This document shows, piece after piece, positions 47,618-60,058 of a stretch of 64,000 nt of DNA. Made by a program: the position numbers and the translations under genes. The DNA comes from Fistulifera solaris (Eukaryota): contig AP026138.1 in assembly GCA_030295235.1 (NCBI GenBank), positions 310,001-374,000 of the forward strand. The letters run 5' to 3'. Position 1 is the first letter of the stretch. Every line of letters starts with the position of its first letter. The notes beneath the pieces were generated by a model. It was not told the DNA's origin, ran no database searches, and saw only the letters and a list, made by a program, of their open reading frames with translations.

Positions 47618-48978
47618 CTAAAATAATTTATGCTGTCGCTTGAGTTTCGTTTGCTTCCACTTGGGAAATGAGTAAAATTCAGCCTTGTCAACACCAAATA
47701 CTTGTGCAAATTCATCCTTCGACAAATATTGCTCTCGATTATTATAATCCAGATCGGCCACCATTTTGGCTCGTAATAAATCCACGGCAAAAACGGACCT
47801 GGATAATCCGCAAACTGCCCTGCAACTCCTGTGGTTTTCGTATTCGTTATTATTGCAGGGGCTGGCCGAAACGGAGGTGCTTCAACGGGTGTCGATGGTA
47901 CAATCGTTCGCGGTCGAACTGGTTTGGATTCCTCTTTGATGGGGGCTGGAAGGGTAGCGGGAATTTTTTGTGACGTAGAAGAAACAAGTGTGGACTTGGG
48001 TGCTAACTTCTTCTCCGATTTTATAGATGGCGCTGGTTCGTCGACAACAACCGAAGCTGGAACAGCTTGATCTCCGTTTTCGTCATCGGCATGTTTCCTC
48101 TTAACCATCTTCTCCATAGCGGATTCTCGTCTGGCTTTTACTTTCGAGTTGAATCGTTTCTTCTCCTCTTTCTGCTTGAGTTTTGCCTCTTGCGCCGCAA
48201 TGCGGGCAGCGAGAACCTGTTCTTCCAGCTTACGTATTTCTTCTTCCATTCGCTTGGCTTCTTGCAGCGCTTTCAACTTGGCTTCTTCCTCGCGGTGTTG
48301 CATTTTCAGACGCCGAGCCATTTCTTCCGCTGCTTTCTCATTCTTAGCTCGTTCGGCAGCCAGTCGACGAGCTTCCTCTTCTGCCTGTTTTCGCTTTTCT
48401 TCTGCTTCCATGAGAAGCCGACGGTTTTCTTCGTTTTCTCTTTTGATGCGTTCGGTCGCCTCCTCGGCCCGTATTCTCGCCAGTCGTTCCTCTTCTGCTT
48501 TCCGATACAGTTCTTTCTTTTCTGCCATTTGTTTCTCCAGTTCTTCTCTCTTTGCGAGTTTTTCTCGTTCCATTTCTTGTCGGAGTTGTATTTCTTTCTG
48601 TCGCTGCAGAGCCGCTTCACGTTCTCGTTCGAATTGTTCCTCTTCGGCTTTGATTCGAGCTTCTTCCGCTTCCAGCGCTTTTTGCGCTGCACTCTTTATG
48701 ATTTGCTTTTTCTTTGGACCGGAAGGGAGTACGACCGTGTCGCCCGCGTCGCTATTATCTTCCGCTTTGTCCATCAGTTCCTCCTCTTCGTTTTCCGAGT
48801 CAAACGTCACTTCCGTAAAGTCGTCCTCTTCATTTTCAAGCACCTCTTCCTCATAATATTCCAAAAACTCTTCCTCATCTTCTTCGTCTATGACAATCTC
48901 CTCATATTCTTCGTCATCATAATCATCATCAGGGACTGCCACGACATCATGATGATATCCGTCGGCGACCATCGTCAT
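47618..48978 (-). CDS. Acidic / ER-K single-alpha-helix protein with C-terminal villin headpiece
   Basis: After adding one base at the run at ~47790: LDYNNREQYLSKDEFAQVFGVDKAEFYSFPKWKQTKLKRQHKLF* (villin headpiece). Long E/R/K-rich helix upstream. Confidence 0.85.
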
Positions 48979-49513
48979 TCCACGCGAAGGAATTTCTTCT
49001 GCAGATTAGGATATGATTCAAGGCCTCTTTCGAGCAGTGCCGACTCTGCTTTGCAAGAAAGCCGATGAAGATTGTGGATTGGGAGAGGCTTAGCACGATC
49101 GACGTGACAGGGATGTAAAGGGCCCTGCTTGCTTTTACAAGAAGGGACGCGGCAGGACGAGGTTTCGTTGAAACAAGATGGCCGATGACCGTGTGTGGAC
49201 ACGAATGTGTCTTGAAGTGTAGGCGTGGTGACCCATACTACGTTTCACTGTTTATGGAAGTGGCTCTCAAATCCCTATCCGGCGTGCGTGATGCCCATGT
49301 TTACTTAGACATGCGACATCCCGGCGCGGTTCAAGAATACTAAGTAACCAAAGTAATCACCAAGGTAGAAAACATGATCACCCGTCTTTCAAGACGGCGA
49401 CGATCGACTTGCCACATTTTTTTTGTTTTCACGTCGTCACGCATCTCCCGCCCACAGGCTGGCATTGCATTGGAATAATCGCTTTAGCGAAATGTCGTTG
49501 ATTCTCACATTCA

Positions 49514-51166
49514 ATGAAAAACCAAGACATACATCGAAGACAGGACAGAATCGAAAACAACAATAGCCAAGTGCTTATCGCCCGACGACTGGTAACTGAC
49601 TTGCATGCAGCTTTGAGTCGTCATGACCGATTAATTGCTTTGTATCACTTGCAACAAAGTATCAGTGGAAAATGCGGAGACCCTTCCGTCATGGGATTCT
49701 ACTTGCTGGAGGAAAGGCTTCTACCGGCTCTCGTTCTTCGTCTACATGCTGTTGTGCAATGTTCGCCAGCAAAAGGTGACGAAACGGCGCAAATTCTCCA
49801 TCTAATGGATGTTCTTTTGAAATTATGTCCTCGTCATCTACAAGAGCAAGTCAGTCTGGATTTGAATACTCACTTCTTTGATTTTGCTTCTGCGGAACTG
49901 TTGCCGCAACATCGGGATTGTCCACTTCCGCACCTCTTGTTGATGTTATCGGTACTCCACAGTTGTTCCGCCACCGCTTCGGGAAGTCAACAAATTTTAG
50001 AATCGCGGGTGACACTCATGAGGATCATTTCGATCCTGAGGTATGATGACATATCCGATGCGTGCCTGTTGGAGGCGCTCAATATTTTCAAGAATATATC
50101 TTACTTTGGAGAAAATCACCGGCAATACTTGGCCAGTTTGCATGAATTCTTATCCAGTTTGGGTTCGTTGAGCGGCCGAACCGTTTGCGAAAGCATACTA
50201 GAGCGCGTTTCCGCCATCTTGCGCAATTTGGCGGTGGCCCCCGAATGCCGAAAGATTTTAACGCAATCTGCCGGAGTACTTCGTTCGCTGATCAAGATGG
50301 GCACGTGCTTCAATCACGCCGTTATCAAAAACAGTTTAAAGGCGCTCATTTGTCTGGCAATGGAAGAAAAATCTTGCGTGACCCTTCTGAATCATGGAAA
50401 TGGTCAGCTGGTGGATGTCATTAAACGACTGGTGCGAATCAGTCACAATCACACAAGTATTCGGAAAAGGGCGATTCGACTGTTGAGACTGCTGTCCAAG
50501 CAGAAGTCTATTCATCTTGTTGCGTATGACAACGATCTCCTTGATTTGCTTTCCAATGTGGTAAAAGAAGATCAACACGATGAAATACGACAAGAGGCTA
50601 TAGAGGCATTTACCCATTGCATCGCAGTTGTGACATCCAGCGCCCCCAACTACAAGTCATTATTGAATCAACTGGTCGAGTGGATCAACCAACGCAGAAT
50701 ATCACTGGAAATGTTCGCTTGTGTCATCAAAGAGCAAGCTTCCTTTACTGAAAATAGCTCTGTTCTGGCGGAACAAACCAAGATCATTGATATACTCAGC
50801 CAGATCGCCGCGAACGTGGACTCGCCGCCTATGGCCCGATACGATGCTTGTCACTCTTTATGGTTGCTCGCCAAAGAAAAAGAGAACCAGGTAAAGCTGA
50901 TGGCATCCCATTTCATTGTCGGCTCGCTGGTTCGGAATGCCGCAGACTTTCTGGACGATTTGGAAGAAATGGACACTTCGAAGTCCTGTAGAGAAAGGGC
51001 CATTGAAACGATTGTGTACTTGGCACAATGCCGGTCAAATCGTAGAACGATGGTTAGTCACGACAAGCTCCTTCAAGTTTTGATCCAATTTGCATCGACA
51101 ACGCATGACTATCGAATGAAAGACCAGGTAAAAGAAGTCATTCTGTGGCTTGTACAGGAGGCCTAA
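49514..51166 (+). CDS. Armadillo/HEAT-repeat protein
   Basis: 550-aa ORF with ARM-like helices (SAILRNLA, ALICLA, CHSLWLLA, IETIVYLA). Confidence 0.75.
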   Translation: MKNQDIHRRQDRIENNNSQVLIARRLVTDLHAALSRHDRLIALYHLQQSISGKCGDPSVMGFYLLEERLLPALVLRLHAVVQCSPAKGDETAQILHLMDVLLKLCPRHLQEQVSLDLNTHFFDFASAELLPQHRDCPLPHLLLMLSVLHSCSATASGSQQILESRVTLMRIISILRYDDISDACLLEALNIFKNISYFGENHRQYLASLHEFLSSLGSLSGRTVCESILERVSAILRNLAVAPECRKILTQSAGVLRSLIKMGTCFNHAVIKNSLKALICLAMEEKSCVTLLNHGNGQLVDVIKRLVRISHNHTSIRKRAIRLLRLLSKQKSIHLVAYDNDLLDLLSNVVKEDQHDEIRQEAIEAFTHCIAVVTSSAPNYKSLLNQLVEWINQRRISLEMFACVIKEQASFTENSSVLAEQTKIIDILSQIAANVDSPPMARYDACHSLWLLAKEKENQVKLMASHFIVGSLVRNAADFLDDLEEMDTSKSCRERAIETIVYLAQCRSNRRTMVSHDKLLQVLIQFASTTHDYRMKDQVKEVILWLVQEA

Positions 51167-51248
51167 TGGACGACATGTAAAGATTTTGTAGCTATAAAAT
51201 ACCTGTAATCTATGACTTTACCCATCACTACGAAAGTTGGCTCGCCGT

Positions 51249-51787
51249 TCACAGATCGCATTCGGGGAAGAAAGAAGACTTGAATGCACGTCTTTTGAAG
51301 CAGGTTGCTAGGCAGTCCTCTTTGTTGTTGCTCATGTCATAGTCCATGCTGATTGCGTCGTCCTTATCGACGTCACACTTTTTGAGGAAGAGAACTTAGT
51401 GAGGCCGTGCGCAAGAAAGCATATTAGAAGCAATAACGTCCGCTTTACCTTTTTCATCATTTTGTCCACGGAACCGAGAATCTTCAAAACACCTTGTGCA
51501 TACCACGGCAACGAATCAATGGCCGCTTGAAGCTCACTGCGATCCAATTTGTTATTCTTGTTCGTGTCTAAATAAGCACCCGCACAGCGAATGATATGAT
51601 CTCGGTCAGGGCATTTGGGATCGATGACAGGCTTTTCGGGTGGAGTTTCGGCTGCGGCTTCGTCGACGGCAGCTTCTTGAATGCTCCCGTCCGCGGAGAT
51701 CTCGACGTTTTCAACTTCGGCAACAACAGCATCCCAGCAGGTCACCGTAAGCAATAAGCAAAGTTTTACAAGAGCATGGAACTTCAT
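51249..51787 (-). CDS. Small secreted Cys-containing EF-hand protein
   Basis: Signal peptide, DTNKNNKLDRSE, intron ~51379-51448, second loop DVDKDDAISMD, ends CLATCFKRRAFKSSFFPECDL*. Confidence 0.75.
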
Positions 51788-52343
51788 CGTTTGGGTTACC
51801 AGGTATAGTCAACTCGAGATTTTGTCTTCGTCTTTTTGCAAGAAAGATGCATGGAAATAATGTCGCTTCTCATGCATTTTATTTCCAACGTCAGTCAGGA
51901 GAATAAGTGGGTACCGGTAAGAGCGACTCGTTATCAGAACTGAGAACCGGATCAATTTTTGATTACTCCAGTATTTTTTTTATATAATAAAAAATCAACG
52001 AACACTGCTCTCTCTAGAGTGAGACATCGTACACTAAAGGCCATAATACTAGTACCGCTCATGAAGCGTGCGCACAAAGGACGGACGAGGTGCGGCGGAG
52101 GTTTTTTTTCTTCGGGAAAACCTGCCCCTCTTCTTCAATTGCTGCGATGGGCATCACCATTAAAACCATTTGAATGCCATTTTCAGAGCCCCGAACTGCC
52201 ATATTTTGTTGTAAAACAGCATATTACACACATCAAGGCGTTCCAATTGAAACGGATTATCTAAAGATTTTAAGAAAAGTCGTAGGATATATTGTACGCG
52301 TACTATTTCTGCTTGGTATGGTTCGGGAAGGAACGCAGAAAGG

Positions 52344-53452
52344 ATGCCAGCCAAAGTCGACGTCGCCAGTGATCAATTACAAGGGATCATTTCTGCTCTC
52401 CGGTCCATAGGAATGAGTTCCGGTGATGCGAGGAGTAAGGGAAAAAGTATTGCGCAAGCTATTTCCGAGGGAAAAGACGCGGGTGATGTCGAGGCAATCC
52501 TCCAGTCACTCTACGAACTTCAGCAAGAAGCTCCCAAAATCATGGCTGCGCTACAGACTGCGGGGTATGTTCGCAAAAATAGCGAAGTTGTGGAGCAATC
52601 GGCTGACGATGAGAATGACGTTGATGAATATTATGAAGAAGGAGAGGAAGACGAACCCTATAGCGACGAGGACGACGGCCCCGCTGTGGGTCATGGCATT
52701 TCGGACGATATATCCACTATGAGTGATTTGACCACTCCAACGGTTGTAAGCGGTGATGTGAATGACGAGGAACATTATCACGAGATTCCGCTTCCCCCCT
52801 TATGCGATCGGAAACGAATCACATGAGGATCACACATTGGTGGTGAAGCCACCAAAACAAAAGAGTTTGATACAACCTGTGAAAGCCGGACAAAAAGTTT
52901 CCCGAAATACGAATCAGACTAAAAACTTTGCGCCAGCACCGTTATCAACTACAACATTGCCGTCTGGAGGCGGAGCTGCTGCGAAGCGAAGAAATCAATA
53001 TACACAAAAAATGGCTCGGTTGGGTGTTGCGACTGAACTGCAACAGAAACCTTTACCCAAGGTTACGTCAACGAAGAAAAAAAGGCAGGGGCGCGCGATT
53101 TAGTTTTGCCGACATTGCTGCGGAGAGAAGCGCGTGGAACTCGGATGACCTGAGTACGAACGCTATTGAAACAGCCATTTATGGAGAAGCACCAAAGTCG
53201 CCAGATATGCCGTCATCGGGGCGAAGAATAGGGAAACTTCAAACACAAAGCTTGATGGATGACACGGATGACTTGTTCGAAAGCGGGTTTGACGCCTTTG
53301 TGCCCTTCACTGAGGGGGCGACGCCATTCACTGATTTCCGAGATTCGTCGTCATCACCAGAAAAGACAAACTCAAGAAAAGGAAAGAGTAAGAGCTCCAA
53401 ATCAGAGTCATCGTTCCGAAGGAAGCCCCCGAAAAAGCTAGCACTGTTTTAA
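52344..53452 (+). CDS. Hypothetical low-complexity protein
   Basis: Three overlapping same-strand ORFs joined at the C-run ~52796 and the A-run ~53080; acidic and Ser-rich. Confidence 0.55.
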
Positions 53453-53783
53453 GAAGACGCGCGTCATCATCGTGTAAGATATGCCGTCGTTCCTCGTGGG
53501 TTACAGAATTCACTCAGGCCTATTCGGCAATTGCAAACACAACTATAAGCAGGTTTTGATACCTCGTTTGTCTTGCTAGCTTGTAGCTTTCAAGAGAGTT
53601 TCAGGTAATGGAACTAAAATGCATGGAAATTTGCACCTAATAATATACGCAGCTGAAATTTTTTCAATACCAGTACCAGTACGATTTTACAAGAGACCGT
53701 GATCCGTGATTTTTTTGCACTTTTTGTTGATTGCCTTCAACAGAGCGATCAATTGTTAGCACTTTGATAGGATTGGCAAGGTC

Positions 53784-54815
53784 ATGGGCAAGAAAGACAA
53801 GAAGAAAGGTAGTAAAGCACGCGATGATGACAAGGTACACAAAAAGAACTGCAGCAGGGGCGAAAATCCCGGCAGCACAAGGGACGAAATTGGAAAGCGG
53901 ATAAAAATGATCCCATTCGGAAAGCGGTAGAGGCGGGTACGTGCGCATCCTATGTAATCCTTTAGTTCTATTTGTGATCCGCTGCAATTGCCTCAATTTT
54001 TGGATGATTTGCAGATGGGACACGAACTATCGTGGATATGTCTGCGGATGGAAATTGTTTGTTCCGCTCTCTATCGGATCAGGTAAGGGCATAGATATTC
54101 GTGTGCCTTGACAACAAGTTTTTACACCATTTAACTCAAGAACTTACACTAGATTTATGGAGATTATGGAAACAAGCATGCGGACGTTCGTGCGGAAGTA
54201 TGTGACTATATGGAACGTCATGAAGACGATTTCAAGGTATTTCTAATACTCGACGAAGACGACGAGGATGCTACTGATTTCGAATCTTACATATCTGCCA
54301 TGAGGGAAGATGGGGAATGGGGCGGAAATCTAGAACTAGTCGCCGCAGCGCGTCACTATCGGTACGTTGAAATGACCTTGTTGTCGAACTACCTCAAAAT
54401 TCCTCTACAAACTGTCTTTGATATAGGCGCAATATCGTGGTTTTCTCCGCAGAACAAGCGGCCTTTACAATACCCCACGCAGATAAGGGTAGCCCACTAG
54501 GCCCTGACTTACTGCTGAGTTACCATGACAGCGACCATTACAATAGTGTGAGATCAAACCTGAAAGCATCCGTGCCGAAAATCTCGGCGCCAGAACATCG
54601 TAACAGCGACGATGTCGTTTCCGACAAAGAGAAAAAAGAAAACCGTCAAGAGGAGTGATCCTTGTACGTGCGGAAGCGGCATGACGTACAAAAAGTGCTG
54701 TTTCTCGAAGGAGAATACCGAGACACGGCGTCAGAAGCAAACTAAAAATAACAAGGACACGTCGTCGGATACTGGAGACTCTTTGGAAGAGAATTTTAAA
54801 GTCATGGCGATATGA
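53784..54815 (+). CDS. OTU deubiquitinase (OTUD3-like) with C-terminal SEC-C motif
   Basis: ADGNCLFRSLSDQ, GEWGGNLEL, LSYHDSDHYNSV, DPCTCGSGMTYKKCC. Three introns; frameshifts at ~53843 and ~54633. Confidence 0.88.
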
Positions 54816-55338
54816 ATGAATGCAGATAAGGGCTAGTATAATAGATATTAGCTAGGTTTCAGTTTTGTAAAGCAATAACTGATGACGTGTATCATTCTCG
54901 TTGAATGAGTTAGCACATTACAACTTTCCTTCTGGTACTTCAGTACTCTTAAATTGACAAACGATTAATAAAAGTAAGATTTGTATCAGCATGTCATTAT
55001 CTTTGTTCTCTAGAAAGTTCGTTGCATCTTTTTATCTTTCTACTTGTAAACCTTACTGGTAGTCGCAAAAAGCGTCTTAACCATTCGTGATTCGTGATGC
55101 TAAGTCGTGCGTTCGCGAGAACGCGCGCGCGACACGTTTCCCCGAGTGAGAATGACGGACGGACGACGGACGACCCGCTTTTCTCGTCGCTCGTCGCTCG
55201 CCTCGTTGCTCGTCGCATCTCCACCAAACACGCACAAAAAGCGCCACCCCTCTGTGGTTCAAGAAAAAAGTGCCTGACAACGCCCTCGTCGTCCGGACTC
55301 GTAAGAAGAGTTGCAATCGCAACCGTAAAAAAAGAAAA

Positions 55339-55667
55339 GTGAGTGAATGATGTTAATGATGTGCTGCCGCAACCGTGCACGGTTTTTCCGAACGCAAAAA
55401 ATGGAAAACCGTTCGGGAGGTTCAAATTGGGCTCCAAAGAAACCCGGATGTGGCATTCTTTGTCCACTCGTTGTGTGATTCCGCTGCTACTATAATTTTG
55501 ACAGTTACATTATTGGAATGTGGAACTTTGAATAGTACAACTGAATCGTGGCGTTTCGTGAATAGATTCCAACCAAACAGGCCGATATGTGTGGAGCTTT
55601 GAAAAACATGATAACCAACATGCGCCTCACACATCTTCTCGTTGCCGCACCTCTTGCCACATTACAG
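55339..55667 (+). other. Probable long 5'-UTR intron of PABP
   Basis: AA|GTGAGT donor at 55339, CTCAC branch-like motif at ~55626, TTACAG acceptor at 55667; ATG at 55711. Confidence 0.55.
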
Positions 55668-55710
55668 TAAACAGACTCCTCCTTTTCCCTTTCAACTTTG
55701 TGTTTGAATC

Positions 55711-57708
55711 ATGGCTTCTACTGCTCCTCCTTCCGTCGATGCAAGCAACGAAACCGGACCTGGTGATGTTGGCCTAGCTCAGTCGAACGTCGGTGATGCA
55801 TTTCGCACTCCGTCGCTTTACGTAGGTGATTTGGCTCCCGATGTGAACGAGAGTCTTTTGTTCGAGATCTTTAGTGCTCTCGGACCTGTCGCCTCGATCC
55901 GCGTCTGCCGTGATGCTGTCACTCGTCGCTCTCTCGGATACGCGTACGTCAACTTTCACCAGATGGCGGACGCCGAGCGTGCTCTCGACACGATGAACTT
56001 TTCGATGATCAAGAGCAAACCTTGCCGTATCATGTGGAGTCAGCGTGATCCTTCTCTCCGACGCTCCGGTGTAGGAAACATCTTTGTCAAGAACTTGCAC
56101 GAGTCGATTGACAACAAGCAGCTTTACGATACGTTCTCGTTGTTTGGAAACATTCTCTCGTGCAAAGTCGTCACGGATCGTGAAACGGGAGGATCGAAAG
56201 GATACGGATACGTCCACTACGAGACTGCAGAAGCGGCAAATGCTGCCATCGAAAAGCTCCACGGTATGTTGATTGATGGTCAAGAGGTGCAGGTGGGACA
56301 CTTTATGCGTCGCAATGATCGCCCCGATGTGAACGCCTGGACCAACTGTTACGTCAAAAATATTCCGTACGAGTGGGACGATAATCGGTTGGAACAGGAG
56401 TTTGCTCAGTTCGGAGAAGTTATCAGTGCAGCTGTCTCGAAAGGAGTTCGCAAGGTCAAGAAGCACGCCGCGGAAAAGAAAGAAGGTGAAGAGGAACCCG
56501 TACAGGAGGATGAGCCCAAGGAAGGAGAGAACGCAGCAAAGAAGGAAGAATCGCTCGGATTTGGATTCGTCAACTTTGCGGACCACCAAGATGCTCTCGC
56601 CGCCTGTGAGAACTTGAACGGCAAAGAATACACGACGGTCTTGGATGGAGAAGAGATTACCCAAGAACTCTACGTCGGCCGCGCTCAAAAGAAGAGTGAG
56701 CGCGAGCGTGAGCTTCGCTCCAAGTTCGAGGCAGAGAAGATGGACCGTATTGCCAAGTTTCAGGGAGTGAACTTGTACGTGAAGAATCTTGACGATTCCG
56801 TGACAGACGAGATGCTCCGCGAGGAATTTGCCACCGTCGGAACGATTACTTCAGCACGTGTCATGCGTGATCCGAAAGACAACCGCTCTCGTGGATTTGG
56901 CTTTGTGTGCTATTCCACACCTGAAGAAGCGAACCGCGCTGTTGGTGAATTGAATGGCAAGTTGGTTGCCAGCAAGCCAATTTTCGTGGCCCTTGCGCAA
57001 CGCCGCGAAGTTCGACGTGCTCAACTTGAAGCCCAGCACGCAAACCGTGTTGGTGGGCCCGGCCAACCTGGCATGATGCGCGGACCGATGGGAGGTCCCA
57101 TGGGATATCCTGGTATGGCCCCCATGTACATGCAACGACCTGGTCCTGGAGGTGCCATGCAACCTGCTTACCCCATGATGCCACAGATGATCGCGGGAGG
57201 ACGAGGTGCCCCTCAGCAACAACAACGTGCTGGTGTCTACCCGATGCTTGGACAACAAGGTCGTGGTGGCTACCCCATGCCCTATGCTGGTGTCATGCAA
57301 GGTCAGCCCGGACGAGGAGGACGAGGAGTCGCTCCGGTGCAAGGTCGTGGTGGCCGAGGCCGGGGTCCCACTCCTGCTCCTGGGCAACAACCCATCAAGT
57401 TCAACCAACAGGCCCGAAACGCTGGCGGTCCGCCCATGCACGGGCAACCCGCTGGACAGCCTCCACAATCGCTAACAGCTTCGGCTCTCGCGTCCGCCAC
57501 GCCCGAGATGCAAAAGAATATGATTGGTGAACGTTTGTACCCATTGATCCATCAATCACAACCCGAATTGGCTGGAAAAATCACCGGTATGCTTCTCGAG
57601 ATGGACAATTCCGAGTTGCTGCATCTCTTGGAGAGCCCGGATGCTTTGAATTCCAAAATATCCGAAGCTCTTCAGGTTCTCGAGGCGCATCAGCAAAGCG
57701 AGTCCTAA
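55711..57708 (+). CDS. PABP: Cytoplasmic poly(A)-binding protein
   Basis: Four RRMs (SLYVGDL, RSLGYAYVNF, SKGYGYVHY, GFGFVNF, SRGFGFVCY) plus MLLE domain KITGMLLEMD. Confidence 0.98.
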   Translation: MASTAPPSVDASNETGPGDVGLAQSNVGDAFRTPSLYVGDLAPDVNESLLFEIFSALGPVASIRVCRDAVTRRSLGYAYVNFHQMADAERALDTMNFSMIKSKPCRIMWSQRDPSLRRSGVGNIFVKNLHESIDNKQLYDTFSLFGNILSCKVVTDRETGGSKGYGYVHYETAEAANAAIEKLHGMLIDGQEVQVGHFMRRNDRPDVNAWTNCYVKNIPYEWDDNRLEQEFAQFGEVISAAVSKGVRKVKKHAAEKKEGEEEPVQEDEPKEGENAAKKEESLGFGFVNFADHQDALAACENLNGKEYTTVLDGEEITQELYVGRAQKKSERERELRSKFEAEKMDRIAKFQGVNLYVKNLDDSVTDEMLREEFATVGTITSARVMRDPKDNRSRGFGFVCYSTPEEANRAVGELNGKLVASKPIFVALAQRREVRRAQLEAQHANRVGGPGQPGMMRGPMGGPMGYPGMAPMYMQRPGPGGAMQPAYPMMPQMIAGGRGAPQQQQRAGVYPMLGQQGRGGYPMPYAGVMQGQPGRGGRGVAPVQGRGGRGRGPTPAPGQQPIKFNQQARNAGGPPMHGQPAGQPPQSLTASALASATPEMQKNMIGERLYPLIHQSQPELAGKITGMLLEMDNSELLHLLESPDALNSKISEALQVLEAHQQSES

Positions 57709-58087
57709 ACTGCGGTGCGCAGGTTGCTCGTTACTAATTGTAAAATAGAGTCATTCAAGTTTACAAAGTCACTGCTTTTTTCAATAGGATCTAATGTTTC
57801 TGTTCACCCACATCATTTCAGTAAAAGACTTATGTTGTCTTTTCATTCGGCAGACGGCAGACCTAGCTGCCGCCTGTACGCCATCCGTTTTAATAAGCCG
57901 CACATACACCATTCATCGTCATTATGCCACAAGTAGTACTTGAACCATACAATGAATGCCTCACCGGCACTCCAATCTCTTCCGCCGTTTGTTTATTGGC
58001 AACAATGCAATCCTAACCACCAACACTGACACTACGAGAGAGTCTATAACTTATCTGTTTTGAAATATTATTTGGCAGGCTAACAAA

Positions 58088-60058
58088 ATGAGTGAAACAA
58101 ACGAATCGGGAAAACGAGGTCGAGAGGAAGACGAAACGGAGGTGGACGCACCTCCGCCAAAAGCCACCAAAGCCGATGACAGCCCAGCCGTCCCCGAAGC
58201 ATCGACCGAGGCTCCTGAAGCATCCAACGTATCATCAGAAGAAACCGCACCGAACGAAGCAACGGAAGAAACATCGAAGGAAGCAACGGAAGCAACAAAA
58301 GAAGAAACGGAGGGCAAGAATGAGGAAACTACGCAATTTGTTGTCGATCGCAAGGGTGAGGAAGAGCACCAGGAGGAAGCCAAAGAAGAAGCTCCGGCAG
58401 CAGAGAGTACACCTGCCCTCGTAGAAAGTAGCATTCCTTCTCAAACCGCTCCTCCGCCGACAAACTACAGTACGCTTCCCCCACCTGCCGTCAATCCGAG
58501 TGTGCCAGCTACAGTGGTGAATCCGGATCAAATCGTCGAAGAACGGGGAGAAATTCCTGCTTTATACGTAGGAAAAGTGATTGGCAAGGTAAGAATACGC
58601 ACACTTCATTTTTGTCTTGGTGTACCATGTGTCTCACTGCTAGAGTTCAGGGCGGAGAAATGATTCGCGATTTGCAAGCACGTTCGGCCGCGCGGATTGA
58701 TGTCGATCAGAACGTGCCGGCGGGCATGCCCCGGGGCATTACGTATCGAGGGACACGCGCGACGGTGGATTTTGCGAAATACTTGGTGGCGATGTTGCAG
58801 CAAGAAAATGTTACCGAGAACGATTTGCCGTTGGGACAAGCGTCGCGACGATTCCTCGTGATTCCGGCGTCAGCCGTCGGCAAAATCATTGGTCGAGGAG
58901 GCGAAATGATTCGGGAACTGCAAACCAAGTCGCAAGCGAAAATTCAGATCGATCATTCGGGCTCGACGGGTTTGCCCCCGGATAAGAAACAAGTTTCGAT
59001 TACTGGATCCGAGCAAGCGGTGGTGAAGGGCGAGGAAATGATCAACTTCCTCGTAGCGAATCCTTTGATGGAGGGCTTGCAATCGATTGCGATGCTGGTG
59101 GAAGAGAAAGCGAGGAGTGGTACTCAATGGGGCAGTGGACCTCCTTATATGGGTCTTCCCAACCACGGTATCAACATGCAGCCGGATTCAGGAGCTGCTT
59201 ATGGACACCAGGCGTTTTCGGCGGGTGGATACGGTGGGCCCAGCAGCGGGCACCTCCCACCCATGCCCAGTCCTTACGGGAATCCGGTACCCCCAGCGCA
59301 GCCAGCTTATGGAGGATCTATGCCAAGTTACGGTGGACCTGGTGGCGGTCAGGAAGTAACCATCATGTATGTGCAGAAGCAGTACATGGGCCGCATCATC
59401 GGAAAGAAAGGCGTTACTATCAATGATTTGCAACGACGTTCCAGCTGCGACATTCAAGTTAATCAAAATGTGCCGCACGGACAGGATTGCGAGATTACCA
59501 TTCGAGGAACACCTCAAGGTATTGAGTCTGCCAGGCAGATGATTCGTGAGATTATTGAAATTGGACCGCAACACCCCGTAAGTATTATGTGTTGCCCTTT
59601 CTGCGAGACAGCATACTTTATTTCAAACTCACAATGAGCTCTCTGTCTGTTGTCTGTAAATTTAGTACGCAGGAGGAGCTGACAGCGGAGGCATGGCTTT
59701 TCAACAACAAGGCTACGGTCAGTCTTACGGAAGTCAACAGGGTGGCTACAGGGGTGCGTACGGTGGAGGGTACCAAGCCCAGCAGCAGTCGTTCGCGCAG
59801 CCTTCCTATCAGCAGCAACCATCATACACCCAAAGCACGCCGAGTTATGGAGCAGCGCCGGTGGCGTATCCACCCGCGCAGGTGCAACTGCCTCCTGCAT
59901 ACAGTCAGCCGGTTCCTGCGCCTCAATATGGCTATGGACAGGTACCAGCACCAATCGTGTCCGAGTGGAAATCGGCTACTTCACCGGATGGCCAGGTCTA
60001 TTACTACAACGAACGAACCGGTGCTACGCAGTGGGACAAGCCAGCAGGTATGCTGTAA
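58088..60058 (+). CDS. Three-KH-domain RNA-binding protein with C-terminal WW domain (FUBP/KSRP-like)
   Basis: GKVIGK|GGEMI, GKIIGRGGEMI, GRIIGKKGVTI; WW domain EWKSATSPDGQVYYYNERTGATQWDKP. Introns 58589-58650 and 59578-59665. Confidence 0.9.

Noticed and set aside
48067..49068. Long Phe/Leu/Ser-rich plus-strand ORFs (also 112-657, 19402-19941 and minus-strand 55774-56688)
   Set aside because: These are antisense shadows of low-complexity or highly biased real genes.
53784..54815. OTU + SEC-C fusion as a novelty
   Set aside because: A similar OTU/SEC-C architecture is already known in plant OTU deubiquitinases.
55400..55460. TPP riboswitch in the PABP intron (GGG...AAACCC)
   Set aside because: It lacks the CTGAGA and GAACCTGA...ATAA..CGTAGGGA cores, and the host gene is unrelated to thiamine.
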